A DNA stretch of 64,000 bases from Candidatus Eiseniibacteriota bacterium (GTDB lineage Bacteria > Eisenbacteria > RBG-16-71-46), in contig CAVSAC010000010.1 in the NCBI GenBank assembly GCA_963725865.1, positions 992,001-1,056,000 of the forward strand. Reading direction: 5' to 3'. Made by a program: the position numbers and the translations under genes. Below are positions 32,910-44,109 of the stretch, piece by piece (within the stretch, counting starts at the first letter, position 1; the number at the start of each line of letters is the position of its first letter). The notes beneath the pieces are model-generated. The model had not been told where the DNA came from. It saw nothing but the letters and a program-made list of their open reading frames with translations, and did no database searches.

Positions 32910-33530
32910 CTAGAACGAGATGACCGCGCGCTCAGCCTGGATGCCGTTCACCGAGCGCGTCGCCGTGGACGCCCCGCGGCGAACGGCGAGCGGATCGAGG
33001 ATGAACTCCACGTCGGCGTTGTGGTCGAACAGGCTGTCCGTGACGGTCGCCACCGCGGCGCCCGAGCGGGCGGGCGTGCGCGCGAGTCCAGCCGCGCGCT
33101 GGCCATCCGACGCGTCGGCGGCCACCGTGCTCACCAGCTCGGGCTGGCGCGGCGCCGCGGTGGTGGTGCGCGAGACGGCGACGAGCCGGCTCGAGCGCCG
33201 GGCGAGCATCGGCAGGACCGCCAAGGCCCCGACCACCAGTACCGCGGCGGCGGTTGCGGCCGGCAGCCACACCGGCGTCGGTACCACCGGCAGGCGGTCG
33301 GGTGCGCGTTCCGCGCGGCGCGCGCTGGCGACGACGCGCTCGACCAGGTCGGGCGCGGCCTCCAGGCGAGGCAGCGACCCGATGGCCTCGAGCGTCCGCG
33401 CGTGCGCCTCGTAGCGCGCGCGGCAATCGGGGCACGCGATGAAATGGGCTTCGATCAGTTCCCGTTCGACCTGTGTGGTCTCGTCGTCCCAGTAGGCGTC
33501 GAACAGCCTCCGGATCCCGGTGCACGTCAT
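32910..33530 (-). CDS. Zinc-finger (ZAS/zf-HC2) anti-sigma factor
   Basis: C..I...AY.D.E......HFIACPDC plus a TM helix. Overlaps the ECF sigma stop. Confidence 0.85.
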   Translation of the reverse strand: MTCTGIRRLFDAYWDDETTQVERELIEAHFIACPDCRARYEAHARTLEAIGSLPRLEAAPDLVERVVASARRAERAPDRLPVVPTPVWLPAATAAAVLVVGALAVLPMLARRSSRLVAVSRTTTAAPRQPELVSTVAADASDGQRAAGLARTPARSGAAVATVTDSLFDHNADVEFILDPLAVRRGASTATRSVNGIQAERAVISF

Positions 33531-34162
33531 GTCGTTTCGTCCCGTCGCAGTAGCGGTTGGAGTTTGCGCTTGAGCATCCCGCGAGCCCGGTTGATCCGCG
33601 ATCTCACCGTCCCGCCAGGGATGCCGAGCACGTCGGCGATCTCCTCGTAGGGCAATCCTTCGATGTCTCTCAGCACCAGCGCGAGACGGTACTTCTCGGG
33701 CACCGTCGCGATCGCTCGTGCCACGGCCTCTTGCAGCTGCTCGCGCTCGAGCGTGCGTTCACGCCCTTCACGATGATCGGCCAGCTGCGGGGCGCTGTCC
33801 TTCAGCACTTCCTGGAGCGCGTCCAGGCTGAACCAGTTCCTCCGTCTCACCCGCCGCCGGATCTCGTTCTTCGCGAGGTTCACGGCGATCGTGAACAGCC
33901 ACGTGGAGAACTTCGACCCGCGCCGGTAGTTCCGGCGATGGACGAAGACCCGGATGAAGACCTCCTGCGCGAGATCGTCCGAGCACTCCCGATCGTTGAG
34001 CACCCGGGCCACCAGGTTCGTCACTCGACCCTGATAGCGCCGGATCAACTCCGGGAAGGCGCGTTCGTCCTCCTCGGCCACCCGGGCCATGAGGTCCTCG
34101 TCCGAGAGGCTGAGGATGGGCGGCGACGAGGGATCGCGGTCAGGTCCCACGGTCTCACTCAC
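33527..34162 (-). CDS. ECF RNA polymerase sigma factor (RpoE/SigW-like)
   Basis: DLAQEVF, FSTWLFTIAVN, YEEIA..LG...GTVRSRINRAR. Confidence 0.93.
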   Translation of the reverse strand: MSETVGPDRDPSSPPILSLSDEDLMARVAEEDERAFPELIRRYQGRVTNLVARVLNDRECSDDLAQEVFIRVFVHRRNYRRGSKFSTWLFTIAVNLAKNEIRRRVRRRNWFSLDALQEVLKDSAPQLADHREGRERTLEREQLQEAVARAIATVPEKYRLALVLRDIEGLPYEEIADVLGIPGGTVRSRINRARGMLKRKLQPLLRRDETT

Positions 34163-34172
34163 CCTTCGTGCT

Positions 34173-34198
34173 TACCCCATTGCGGGGGCAGGGGTTCC
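34173..34198 (-). promoter_or_regulatory. Putative autoregulatory ECF promoter
   Basis: GGAAC-18 nt-GTA just upstream of the ECF gene. Confidence 0.4.
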
Positions 34199-34204
34199 CG
34201 GGGT

Positions 34205-35872
34205 TCATCGGAGCTCGGAGAGCTTGCTCTTGACGCGCGGATTGGTGGGGTTCGAGGCCAGCGCGAGCCGGTATTGCTCGCGGGCCAAGTCCATGAGTCG
34301 CAAATCTTTGTAAACATCTCCCAGGTGCTCGTGGACCTCCGGATCCCCCTGGGTCAGGCGCAGGGCCCGCTCCAGTTCCGCCCTCGCCTGCTCGAGCCGG
34401 CCCAGGCGGTAGTACACCCATCCGAGGGAGTCGATGAACGCCCCGTTGTCGGGGTCGAGCGCGATCGCCCGCTGGATCAGGTCGAGGGCCTCCTCCAGAC
34501 GCTCTCCGCGATCGGCGAACATGTAGCCGAGGAAGTTCAGTGCCGTCGCGTTGTCGGGCTCGCGCCCCAGCACGTCGCGCGCGGCCGCCTCCGCGCCGCC
34601 CGCGTCCCCGGTGCGCTCGCGGCAGAACGCCAGCTCGAGCAGCACGCCGGGGGCGTCCGGAAAGCGCGCCAGCACGTCGGTCCAGGTCGACTCGGCCGCG
34701 GACCAACGCTCGGAGCCCTGCTGGATGCGCCCCAGCAGCAGGCGCGGCCCGAGCGAATCGGGCTCCGCGCCGATCGCGGCGCGCGCCAGGCGTTCGGCCG
34801 CGATCCAGTCGTGCGCCGCCGCGTGCGCGCGGGCGGCCAGCGCCACTCCGCGGCGATCAGCGGGATGGCGCTGCGCCCACTCCTGGGCGAGTTGGGCCCC
34901 CTCGTGGGCCCGCTCGTTGCGGGCCAGCACCCCGACCGCGCGCGCCACCAACGCCGGTTCCTCGGGCGCGCCTCGCATCATGCGATCGAGGACGGCGCGG
35001 CCGTCGGCGGGCTTGCCGGCGTGGTAGGCCAGATCGGCTTCGATCTCGAGCGCCTCGAGGTCGTCGGGCGATTCGCGCGAGACCTGCCGCGCCAGGGTGT
35101 ACGCCTCGTCGAAGCGCTGGGAGCGCGCGAGGAGTTCCACCAGCCGCCGGCGCGTGTCGCGATCGTCCGGATGGAGCGTGAGGTGACGCCGGAAGCGGTC
35201 CACCGCGCCGTTCGAGCGCCCGAGGCTTTCGTCGATCAGCCCGCGCAGGAAGTCGAGCCCGGGCCGCTGCGGGTTCAGTTCCTCGGCCTGGGCCAGCGCC
35301 GAGTCCGCCGCCATGAAATGACCCAGACGCCCTTCGGCGGCACCGACCTGGAACCACGCCTCGCCATCCTCGTTGTCCTGCAGCAGCACGTGGCGCCACG
35401 CATCCGCCACCTCGTCCCAGCGCTCCAGCTGCTCGGCGGCGCGCGCGCGCGTGCGCTGGTACTCGGTCTCGTCGGGAGCGATCCGGGCGGCGCGCTGGAG
35501 TGCGTCGAACGCTTCCGGATAGCGTTGGAGCTGGAACAGTGCGGCCCCGCGCAGCCAGTGGGCGCGGGCGTCGGCGGAATCGGCGGTCAGTGCGCGATCC
35601 GCGAGTTCGAGGGCGCGCACCGGCTCCCCGACGTGGAGGTTCGCCTCGCTCGCCTCGCGCAGGAGCGCCGGCGCGCGCGGATCGACCGCCAGCGCCCGGT
35701 ACAGCTCCCCGAGCGCTTCGCTGGTCAGGCCGCGCTCCTCGAGGAGCCGTCCGGACGCGTAGTGCCGCAACGCCTCGAGGCTGGGAAAGCGCGAGGCGTC
35801 GGCCTGCAGCGTCGTGTCCAACGGCACGGTCGAGGCCGCGGCCAGGGACAGGGCGCAGGCAACGATCCACAT
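34205..35872 (-). CDS. Exported tetratricopeptide repeat protein
   Basis: Signal peptide, many TPRs, C-terminal LNFLGY..AD...IDSLGWVYY...EHLGD. Confidence 0.88.
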   Translation of the reverse strand: MWIVACALSLAAASTVPLDTTLQADASRFPSLEALRHYASGRLLEERGLTSEALGELYRALAVDPRAPALLREASEANLHVGEPVRALELADRALTADSADARAHWLRGAALFQLQRYPEAFDALQRAARIAPDETEYQRTRARAAEQLERWDEVADAWRHVLLQDNEDGEAWFQVGAAEGRLGHFMAADSALAQAEELNPQRPGLDFLRGLIDESLGRSNGAVDRFRRHLTLHPDDRDTRRRLVELLARSQRFDEAYTLARQVSRESPDDLEALEIEADLAYHAGKPADGRAVLDRMMRGAPEEPALVARAVGVLARNERAHEGAQLAQEWAQRHPADRRGVALAARAHAAAHDWIAAERLARAAIGAEPDSLGPRLLLGRIQQGSERWSAAESTWTDVLARFPDAPGVLLELAFCRERTGDAGGAEAAARDVLGREPDNATALNFLGYMFADRGERLEEALDLIQRAIALDPDNGAFIDSLGWVYYRLGRLEQARAELERALRLTQGDPEVHEHLGDVYKDLRLMDLAREQYRLALASNPTNPRVKSKLSELR

Positions 35873-35970
35873 GCGCGGGAGCGTAGCATGCACCGCTGGG
35901 GCCAGCCAGGCCCGTGCGCGCGCAGCGCGTCGCTGTGGTATCTCTCTCGCGTCCGCCCTTGGGAGCGCCC

Positions 35971-37351
<1,381 letters not shown>

Positions 37352-37374
<23 letters not shown>

Positions 37375-37447
37375 CCCACTCTCCAGTCTTCACGTGCCAC
37401 ATTCGACTTGCGGCAGGTCGCCCTGGTGCGGCGCGACGATGTGTCCC
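37352..37447 (+). promoter_or_regulatory. Candidate upstream activator sequences
   Basis: Inverted repeat GTCCC-N5-GGGAC plus direct repeat GGGACGAAGTGACCC (37363) / GCGACGATGTGTCCC (37433). Confidence 0.4.
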
Positions 37448-37502
37448 GGTCATGCATCGAGCACCACAATCGCCGAGCCAAGCCGAGAGCCCGTGGTCCC
37501 CG

Positions 37503-37519
37503 TAACTCCTTGTGAATCA
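37503..37519. promoter_or_regulatory. IHF-like binding site
   Basis: TAACTCCTTGTGAATCA resembles the reverse of WATCAR-N4-TTR. AT-rich island between the UAS and the sigma54 site. Confidence 0.45.
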
Positions 37520-37553
37520 GGAGCGGCTCCGCGCGCCACCTGCATCCGATGAG

Positions 37554-37570
37554 TTGGCACCGAGACTGCA
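37554..37570 (+). promoter_or_regulatory. sigma54 (-24/-12) promoter
   Basis: TTGGCAC-CGAGA-CTGCA, GG-N10-GC. Confidence 0.75.
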
Positions 37571-37580
37571 TGAGCGTGGA

Positions 37581-37884
37581 GGCGACGGTGGAGGTTCCAG
37601 ACACAAGGCAGGTGGAGCAGCGACCGCCGCGACAACGACGAACGCGAAATCAAGAGATCTGTCGTCACCGCGTGACGGGCACGGAAGATCCGAGGGGCCT
37701 GTCCGGAGCGTGAGTGGCGGCAGCTTGGGAGCGGGGGACGCAAGTCTCCCGCTTCAGCTTCGGGTCCGAATCCCCCATGGGCAGCGGGGCTCCTTCGCCT
37801 GCGCATCCCAGAACGCCGAGCTGATCGGCGCAACCCTGGACCCGGAACGGGCGGCGAGCCACAGCTCGCCGCCCGTCTTCTTTC
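37581..37884 (+). ncRNA. Putative sigma54-dependent structured non-coding RNA (~300 nt)
   Basis: Bounded by a sigma54 promoter and an intrinsic terminator. Several strong helices, including a 12-bp GCAA-tetraloop hairpin. No credible ORF. Confidence 0.6.
37847..37884 (+). terminator. Intrinsic terminator, + strand
   Basis: Perfect 13-bp stem ACGGGCGGCGAGC-CACA-GCTCGCCGCCCGT followed by CTTCTTTC. Confidence 0.8.
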
Positions 37885-37903
37885 GTGCGCGGAGGCGCGG
37901 GCC

Positions 37904-39790
37904 TCAGCGCCCGCGGCGCTTGGTGCGGCGCCCGAAGCGCGGTGTCTCGGATTCGCCTGCCGACGATGGCGGCGGCGGACTCGTCTCGGGCGCTTCGCCG
38001 GCACGCGGCTCGTCCGGCGCGTCGAACGCGGGCTCGTCGTCCGCCGAGTCCTCGGCCAATTCGTCGATCGGCCTCCCCACGAGGCCGTGGGGCCGCTCGG
38101 CCTCGGATGCGGCCGGCGCCACGGGCTCATCCTCGTCGAAGTCCTCGTCCTCCGTCGCCTGCCCGTGCTCGCGGCGCGGGATCGGAGGCAGGTAGTCCTC
38201 CTCCCCGAACTCGTCGGCGGGGCCCTCCGGGCGACCCACCTCCTCGAGATCGTCTTCCTCGTACGCAGGAGGCAGCGGCTCGAACTCCTCCGGCTCGATC
38301 TCGGCCGGCGTCGGCGGGACCACGGCTCCGACCGAGCCCGTCATCGCGGCCGGCACGGCCGGAGAGACTCCGCCTTCACGACGGCCGCGCCCGCCGCGGC
38401 GCCCGCGGCGGCGGGGGCGGCGCTCATCGTTGTCGTCCTCGTCGTCCGCGTCCACCGTCGGTGCCACCGGGGGCTCGCTGGCGCGGCGGCCGGAGTCGAC
38501 GGGACGCCCGCCGCGCGTCGGCTCATCGCGACGTTCCTCGCGGCGCTCGCTCCGCGCCCCGCGCTCGCCGCGGTCGTCACGCGCGCCGCGCGGTTCCGCC
38601 GCGGGCCGCTCTTCGGGGCCGCGACGCTCGTCGCGACTCGCGCGTTCCTCGCGCGGCGCACGCTCCTCACGTGCCGGGCGTTCCTCGCGCGCCGGGCGGT
38701 CCTCGCGCGGCGCACGCTCCTCACGCGCCGGGCGGTCCCCGCGCGGCGCACGCTCCTCGCGCACCGGGCGCTCCTCGCGCGGATACTCTTCACGCTTCTC
38801 GCGTCGATCACCGCCGACGTGGTCGAGGGCATCGCGCGCGGCCGCCTGCTCGGCCTCCTTCTTGTTGTTGCCCTTGCCGGCCCCCAGCGTCTTGTTCCGC
38901 ACCACCACCTCGACCAGAAACATCTTCGAGTGGTCGGGTCCCATCGCGTTGCGGATGCGATAGACCGGATGGGTGTGGAATGTGCTCTGCACGTACTCCT
39001 GCAGCTGGCTCTTGTAGTTGGTGTGACGCTTGTCGGCCGAGATCGCCCGGGCGTCGTCGAGCAGCCAGCGCGTGATGAAGCGCCGCGCGTCCTCGAAGCC
39101 CTGGTCCAGGTAGATGGCCGCGATCACCGACTCGAACGCGTCGGCGAGGATCGAGAGGCGCTGGCGGCCGCCGGACTCCGCCTCCGAGTGGCTCATCAGC
39201 ACGTAGCGTCCGAGCCCCATGTTCAGTGCCCGCCGGGACAGGATGTTCTTCGAGACCAGCAGCGACTTGGTCTTGGTGAGTTCGCCCTCGTGCTCGGAGG
39301 GATGCTCCCGGTACAGGTGCTCACTGGTCACCAGGCCGAGCACGGAGTCGCCGAGGAACTCGAGTCGCTCGTTGGACTCGTTGGGCCCCTGACCCGTCAC
39401 GCTCAGGTACGAGCGATGGGTGAGCGCGAGCTTGAGCAGCTCGAGGCGGTGGAAATGGATGTTGAAGTGCCGCTGGAACTCCTGCAGCGCGCGGGCTTCC
39501 GACTCGCTGGTGGTCGTGGCGGGCGCAGCGGGAGCCGGGCGCTGGGGCCGGCGCTCGGCGCCGAACAGCGAGCCGAGCCAGCGCCACAGCGAGAAACCCT
39601 GCGGCGGAGGCGCCGAGCTCCGGCCTCCGCGTCCACTACGCCGGCGCCCGCCGCGGCGGCGCGGGCGGCCGCCTACTTCACGGCCTGCATCACCAGTGAC
39701 ACGTTGTGCCCCCCGAACCCGAACGAGTTCGAGATCGCGGCGGTCACGCGGGCCGCGCGGGCCTGATTGGGAACGAAGTCGAGGTCGCAT
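37904..39790 (-). CDS. rnc: Ribonuclease III with long disordered C-terminal extension (start codon uncertain)
   Basis: NERLEFLGDSVL, ADAFES, dsRBD (NYKSQLQE...GPDH...KKEAEQAAA); downstream of fabF. Confidence 0.92.
   Translation of the reverse strand: MRPRLRSQSGPRGPRDRRDLELVRVRGAQRVTGDAGREVGGRPRRRGGRRRSGRGGRSSAPPPQGFSLWRWLGSLFGAERRPQRPAPAAPATTTSESEARALQEFQRHFNIHFHRLELLKLALTHRSYLSVTGQGPNESNERLEFLGDSVLGLVTSEHLYREHPSEHEGELTKTKSLLVSKNILSRRALNMGLGRYVLMSHSEAESGGRQRLSILADAFESVIAAIYLDQGFEDARRFITRWLLDDARAISADKRHTNYKSQLQEYVQSTFHTHPVYRIRNAMGPDHSKMFLVEVVVRNKTLGAGKGNNKKEAEQAAARDALDHVGGDRREKREEYPREERPVREERAPRGDRPAREERAPREDRPAREERPAREERAPREERASRDERRGPEERPAAEPRGARDDRGERGARSERREERRDEPTRGGRPVDSGRRASEPPVAPTVDADDEDDNDERRPRRRGRRGGRGRREGGVSPAVPAAMTGSVGAVVPPTPAEIEPEEFEPLPPAYEEDDLEEVGRPEGPADEFGEEDYLPPIPRREHGQATEDEDFDEDEPVAPAASEAERPHGLVGRPIDELAEDSADDEPAFDAPDEPRAGEAPETSPPPPSSAGESETPRFGRRTKRRGR
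38630..38790 (-). repeat. Imperfect 18-bp coding tandem repeat (REERPA/REERAP) in the rnc extension
   Basis: PREERPVREERAPRGDRPAREERAPREDRPAREERPAREERAPREERAS. Confidence 0.8.
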
Positions 39791-40920
39791 ACGGGGTCTG
39801 CCTGCTCCAGATTGATCGTGGGTGGAACGACCCCGCGCACCAGGGTGAGCGCCGTGATCACCGCTTCGAGTCCACCCGCCGCTCCGAGAAGATGGCCGGT
39901 CATGGACTTGGTGGAACTCATCATCAGACGCCGAGCGTGTTCCCCGAACACGTCCTTCACCGCGCGGACCTCGATGGGGTCGCCGGCGGGGGTCGAGGTG
40001 CCGTGGGCGTTGATGTACTGGATGGCGTCGACGGGCAGCTGGGCGTCGTCGAGCGCACGCCGCATGGCGCGCGCAGCGCCGTTGCCGTCTTCGGCGGGAG
40101 CGGTCATGTGGAACGCGTCCCCCGATGCGCCATAGCCAGTGAGTTCACAGAGAAGCGGCGCGCCACGGCGCCGGGCATGCTCTTCCGTCTCCAGGACGAG
40201 GATGCCCGCGCCTTCACCGATGACGAATCCGTCCCGATCCTTGTCGAAGGGACGGCTGGCACGCTGTGGGTCGTCGTTGCGAGTGGAGAGTGCACGTGAA
40301 TTGCCGAATCCGGCCACGGCCATCGGGGTGATCGTCGACTCGGTCCCACCCGTGATCATCACGTCGGCATCGCCCGCGCGCAGCAGGCGCAGCGACTCGC
40401 CGATGGCGTTGGCGCCCGAGGCGCACGCCGAGGTGGTCGAGAAGTTGGGTCCCCGCAGCCCGAACTGGATCGAAACCTGACCGGGCGCCATGTCGAGGAT
40501 CATCATCGGGATGAAGAACGGACTCACACGGCCCGGTCCCTTCGCGACCAGTTGGCTGTGCTGCGTCTCGAAGGTCTCCATGCCCCCGATGCCCGAGCCG
40601 AGCACCACGCCGATTCGATCCCGATCCTCACGCTCGAGGTCGAGCCCCGCCGTGCGGAGCGCCTCGTGGGTGGCCACGACCGCGTACTGGACGAAGCGAT
40701 CCATGCGCCTGGCGTCCTTGCGGTCGAGGATCCCCTCGAACGAGAAGTCCTTCACCTCGCATGCAAAATGCGTGGTGTAGTCCGAGGTGTCGAAACGCGT
40801 GATCGGCCCGGCGCCCGAGCGCCCGGCGATCAGATTGTCCCAGCAGGTGCCGGTGTCGTTCCCGAGGGGCGATACGACGCCCGTACCGGTCACGAACACG
40901 CGGCGGCCGTTCATCGGCAT
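39673..40920 (-). CDS. fabF: Beta-ketoacyl-ACP synthase II
   Basis: SACASG, NAHGTST, KSMTGHLLGAAG, SNSFGFGG. Confidence 0.96.
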   Translation of the reverse strand: MPMNGRRVFVTGTGVVSPLGNDTGTCWDNLIAGRSGAGPITRFDTSDYTTHFACEVKDFSFEGILDRKDARRMDRFVQYAVVATHEALRTAGLDLEREDRDRIGVVLGSGIGGMETFETQHSQLVAKGPGRVSPFFIPMMILDMAPGQVSIQFGLRGPNFSTTSACASGANAIGESLRLLRAGDADVMITGGTESTITPMAVAGFGNSRALSTRNDDPQRASRPFDKDRDGFVIGEGAGILVLETEEHARRRGAPLLCELTGYGASGDAFHMTAPAEDGNGAARAMRRALDDAQLPVDAIQYINAHGTSTPAGDPIEVRAVKDVFGEHARRLMMSSTKSMTGHLLGAAGGLEAVITALTLVRGVVPPTINLEQADPVCDLDFVPNQARAARVTAAISNSFGFGGHNVSLVMQAVK

Positions 40921-41026
40921 AACGCGTCCATCTCCGTGAGATCCGGACCCTTCGCTCCGGCGCAGGACGCCCCCGCCTCAACTGCGGGGGGGCGCGACCG
41001 CGCAGAGCCGGCCCGGACTTTGTGCA

Positions 41027-41269
41027 CTACGCGGTCGCGTGAGACTTCAGGTAGTTCATCGCGTCGCCGACGGTCTTGAGCTTGTCCGCGTCCTCGTCCG
41101 GGATGTCGAGTCCGAACTCCTCCTCGAGTGCCATCACCAGCTCCACGATGTCCAGCGAGTCGGCGCCCAGGTCCTCGATGAACTTGGCCTCTGGGGACAG
41201 CTGCTTGCCGTCGACTTCCAGCTCCTTCGCGATGATCTCCTTGACCCGGTCTTCGTTGAATGCCGCCAC
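41027..41269 (-). CDS. acpP: Acyl carrier protein
   Basis: [29 protein letters not shown]. Confidence 0.97.
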   Translation of the reverse strand: MAAFNEDRVKEIIAKELEVDGKQLSPEAKFIEDLGADSLDIVELVMALEEEFGLDIPDEDADKLKTVGDAMNYLKSHATA

Positions 41270-41318
41270 TGCAGTCACCTCCTGTGTGGGGGTGGGGTTC
41301 CCGTCCTGACTCGGACGG

Positions 41319-42091
<773 letters not shown>

Positions 42092-42092
<1 letters not shown>

Positions 42093-43045
42093 CACGACCT
42101 CCCGGCCGGGAGCGCGACGCCCAGCGCGCTCAGGGTGGCGGACACGCTCTCGGGGTCCTCGGCGCTCCAGGACGGCGCCTCGCGGTCGATCGTGCGAAGC
42201 AGCCCGCGCAGGACCTTGCCTGTGCCCAGCTCCACGAAACCCTCGGCGCCCTCCGCCCGCATCCGGCGCATCGAGTCCTCCCAGCGCACCGCTCCCAGCA
42301 GCTGGGCCTTCAGAGCCGCACGGATCGCGTCGGCCTTCCGGGCGGGCTGCGCGTCCACGTTGGTGACCACCGGGCAGCGTGCGTCGCGGATCGTGACCGC
42401 ATCGAGCGCGGCGCCGAGCCCCGCGGCCGCCGACTCCATCAGCGGCGAGTGGAACGCGCCGCTCACCTCGAGGCGGATGGCGCGCTTGGCGCCCTTCGCC
42501 CTGGCGATCTCGCACGCGCGCTCGACGGCGGCGATCTCGCCCGAGATCACCACCTGCCCGGGCGCGTTGAGATTCGCCGCGAGCACGACCCCGACTGCGG
42601 CGGCTTCGGCACACGCGGACTCGACGTTCTCGCGGGCGAGCCCGAGGATCGCGGCCATGGCGCCGGGGCGGTCCAGCCCCGCCTGGTACATGAGCGCGCC
42701 GCGGCGGTGCACCAGCCGCACCGCGTCCTCGAAGTCGAGCGCGCCCGCCGCCACGCACGCGGAGTACTCGCCGAGGCTGTGCCCCGCGGCCCATTGCGGT
42801 CGCAGGCCCGCGGCCTCGAACAGCCGCCCGACCGCGACGCTGTGCGTGAGCAGCGCCGGCTGGGCGTTCACGGTCTTGCGCAGCTCGTCCTCGGGGCCCT
42901 CCCAGCAGATGCGAGAGAGCGGGAAGCCGAGCGCGCGGTCGGCGGCCTCGAACGTCGCGCGCGCGGACGCGAACGCCTCCGCGAGCGCGCGGCCCATGCC
43001 GACGGTCTGGGCACCCTGACCCGGGAACAGGAAGGCGAGCCTCAC
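42092..43045 (-). CDS. fabD: Malonyl-CoA:ACP transacylase
   Basis: FPGQGAQ, GHSLGE, VSGAFHS. Confidence 0.96.
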
Positions 43046-44109
43046 GAGCTCACCTCGCGGCCGGCCCCGACCGAGACCGCGGCCTCGGCCACCACCGGCG
43101 CCGGCAGGGTCCAGTGCATGACGCTGCCGCCCCAGGTCGCACCGCCGCCGAACGCGGCCATTCCAATGTGGTCGCCGCGCTGGATCCGCCCGGAGCGAAC
43201 CAGCTCGTCGAGCGCGATCGGGATCGAGGCGGACGAGGTGTTCCCGTAGCGATCGATGTTCACGTACATCTTCTCGGCCGGCAGGCCGAGCCGCTCGCGC
43301 ACCGCGTCGATGATGCGGAGGTTCGCCTGGTGCGGGATCACGAGATCGAGGTCGTCGATGCCGACGCCCGCCGCGGCCGTGCAGAGCCGCAGGCTGTCCT
43401 CCATCGAGCGCACCGCGAACGGGAACAGCTTCTTGCCCTGCATCTGGATGAAGTGCTGCCGGGCGCGCACGGTCTGCTCGCTCGCCGGGTTGAGCGAGAT
43501 GCCCGCGGGCACCTCGAGCACTTCGCCCATGTCGCCGTCACTGTGCATGTCGATCGCCACGATACCGGTGCCGCTCGCGCAGGGCCGGACGACCGCGGCG
43601 CCCGCGCCGTCGCCGAACAGCACGCAGGTGTTGCGATCGCTGTAGTCCACGATGCGCGAGAGGGTCTCGACGCCCACGACCAGCACGGTGTCCGCCACGC
43701 CGGCGCCGACCAGCCCGCGAGCCATCCCGAGCCCGAACACGAAACCCGTGCAGGCCGCGAACACGTCGTAGGCCGCGGCGCGCGGGGCGCCCAGCTTGCG
43801 CTGGAGCGTGCAGGCGCATGAAGGCAGGATGCGATCGGGGGTGGTGGTCGCCACCAGGATGTGGTCGATCTCGCGGGCCTCGAGCTTCGCCATCGCCAGC
43901 GCGCGCTGGCAGGCGATCAGGGCGAGGTCCGACGACGCCTGATCCGCCGCGGCGATGCGCCGCTCGCGGATGCCCGTGCGCTCGACGATCCACTCGTCCG
44001 ACGTCTCGACCATGCTCTCGAGGTCGGCATTGGAGAGGATGCGCTCGGGCACGTACATGCCGGTGCCGGTGATGGTGGCGCCCCGGATGGCGTCAGGCCG
44101 CGCTGTCAT
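43042..44109 (-). CDS. fabH: Beta-ketoacyl-ACP synthase III
   Basis: AACTGF, FGDGAGA, PHQAN, GNTSSAS. Confidence 0.95.
   Translation of the reverse strand: MTARPDAIRGATITGTGMYVPERILSNADLESMVETSDEWIVERTGIRERRIAAADQASSDLALIACQRALAMAKLEAREIDHILVATTTPDRILPSCACTLQRKLGAPRAAAYDVFAACTGFVFGLGMARGLVGAGVADTVLVVGVETLSRIVDYSDRNTCVLFGDGAGAAVVRPCASGTGIVAIDMHSDGDMGEVLEVPAGISLNPASEQTVRARQHFIQMQGKKLFPFAVRSMEDSLRLCTAAAGVGIDDLDLVIPHQANLRIIDAVRERLGLPAEKMYVNIDRYGNTSSASIPIALDELVRSGRIQRGDHIGMAAFGGGATWGGSVMHWTLPAPVVAEAAVSVGAGREVSS

Noticed and set aside
37570..37713. Small ORF (47 codons) inside the putative ncRNA
   Set aside because: Its ATG lies within the -12 element, upstream of the predicted TSS, and codon usage is atypical. 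A peptide from an internal GTG cannot be fully excluded.
38630..38790. Repeats as a CRISPR array
   Set aside because: In-frame 18-bp coding repeats without unique spacers, and no cas genes in the window.
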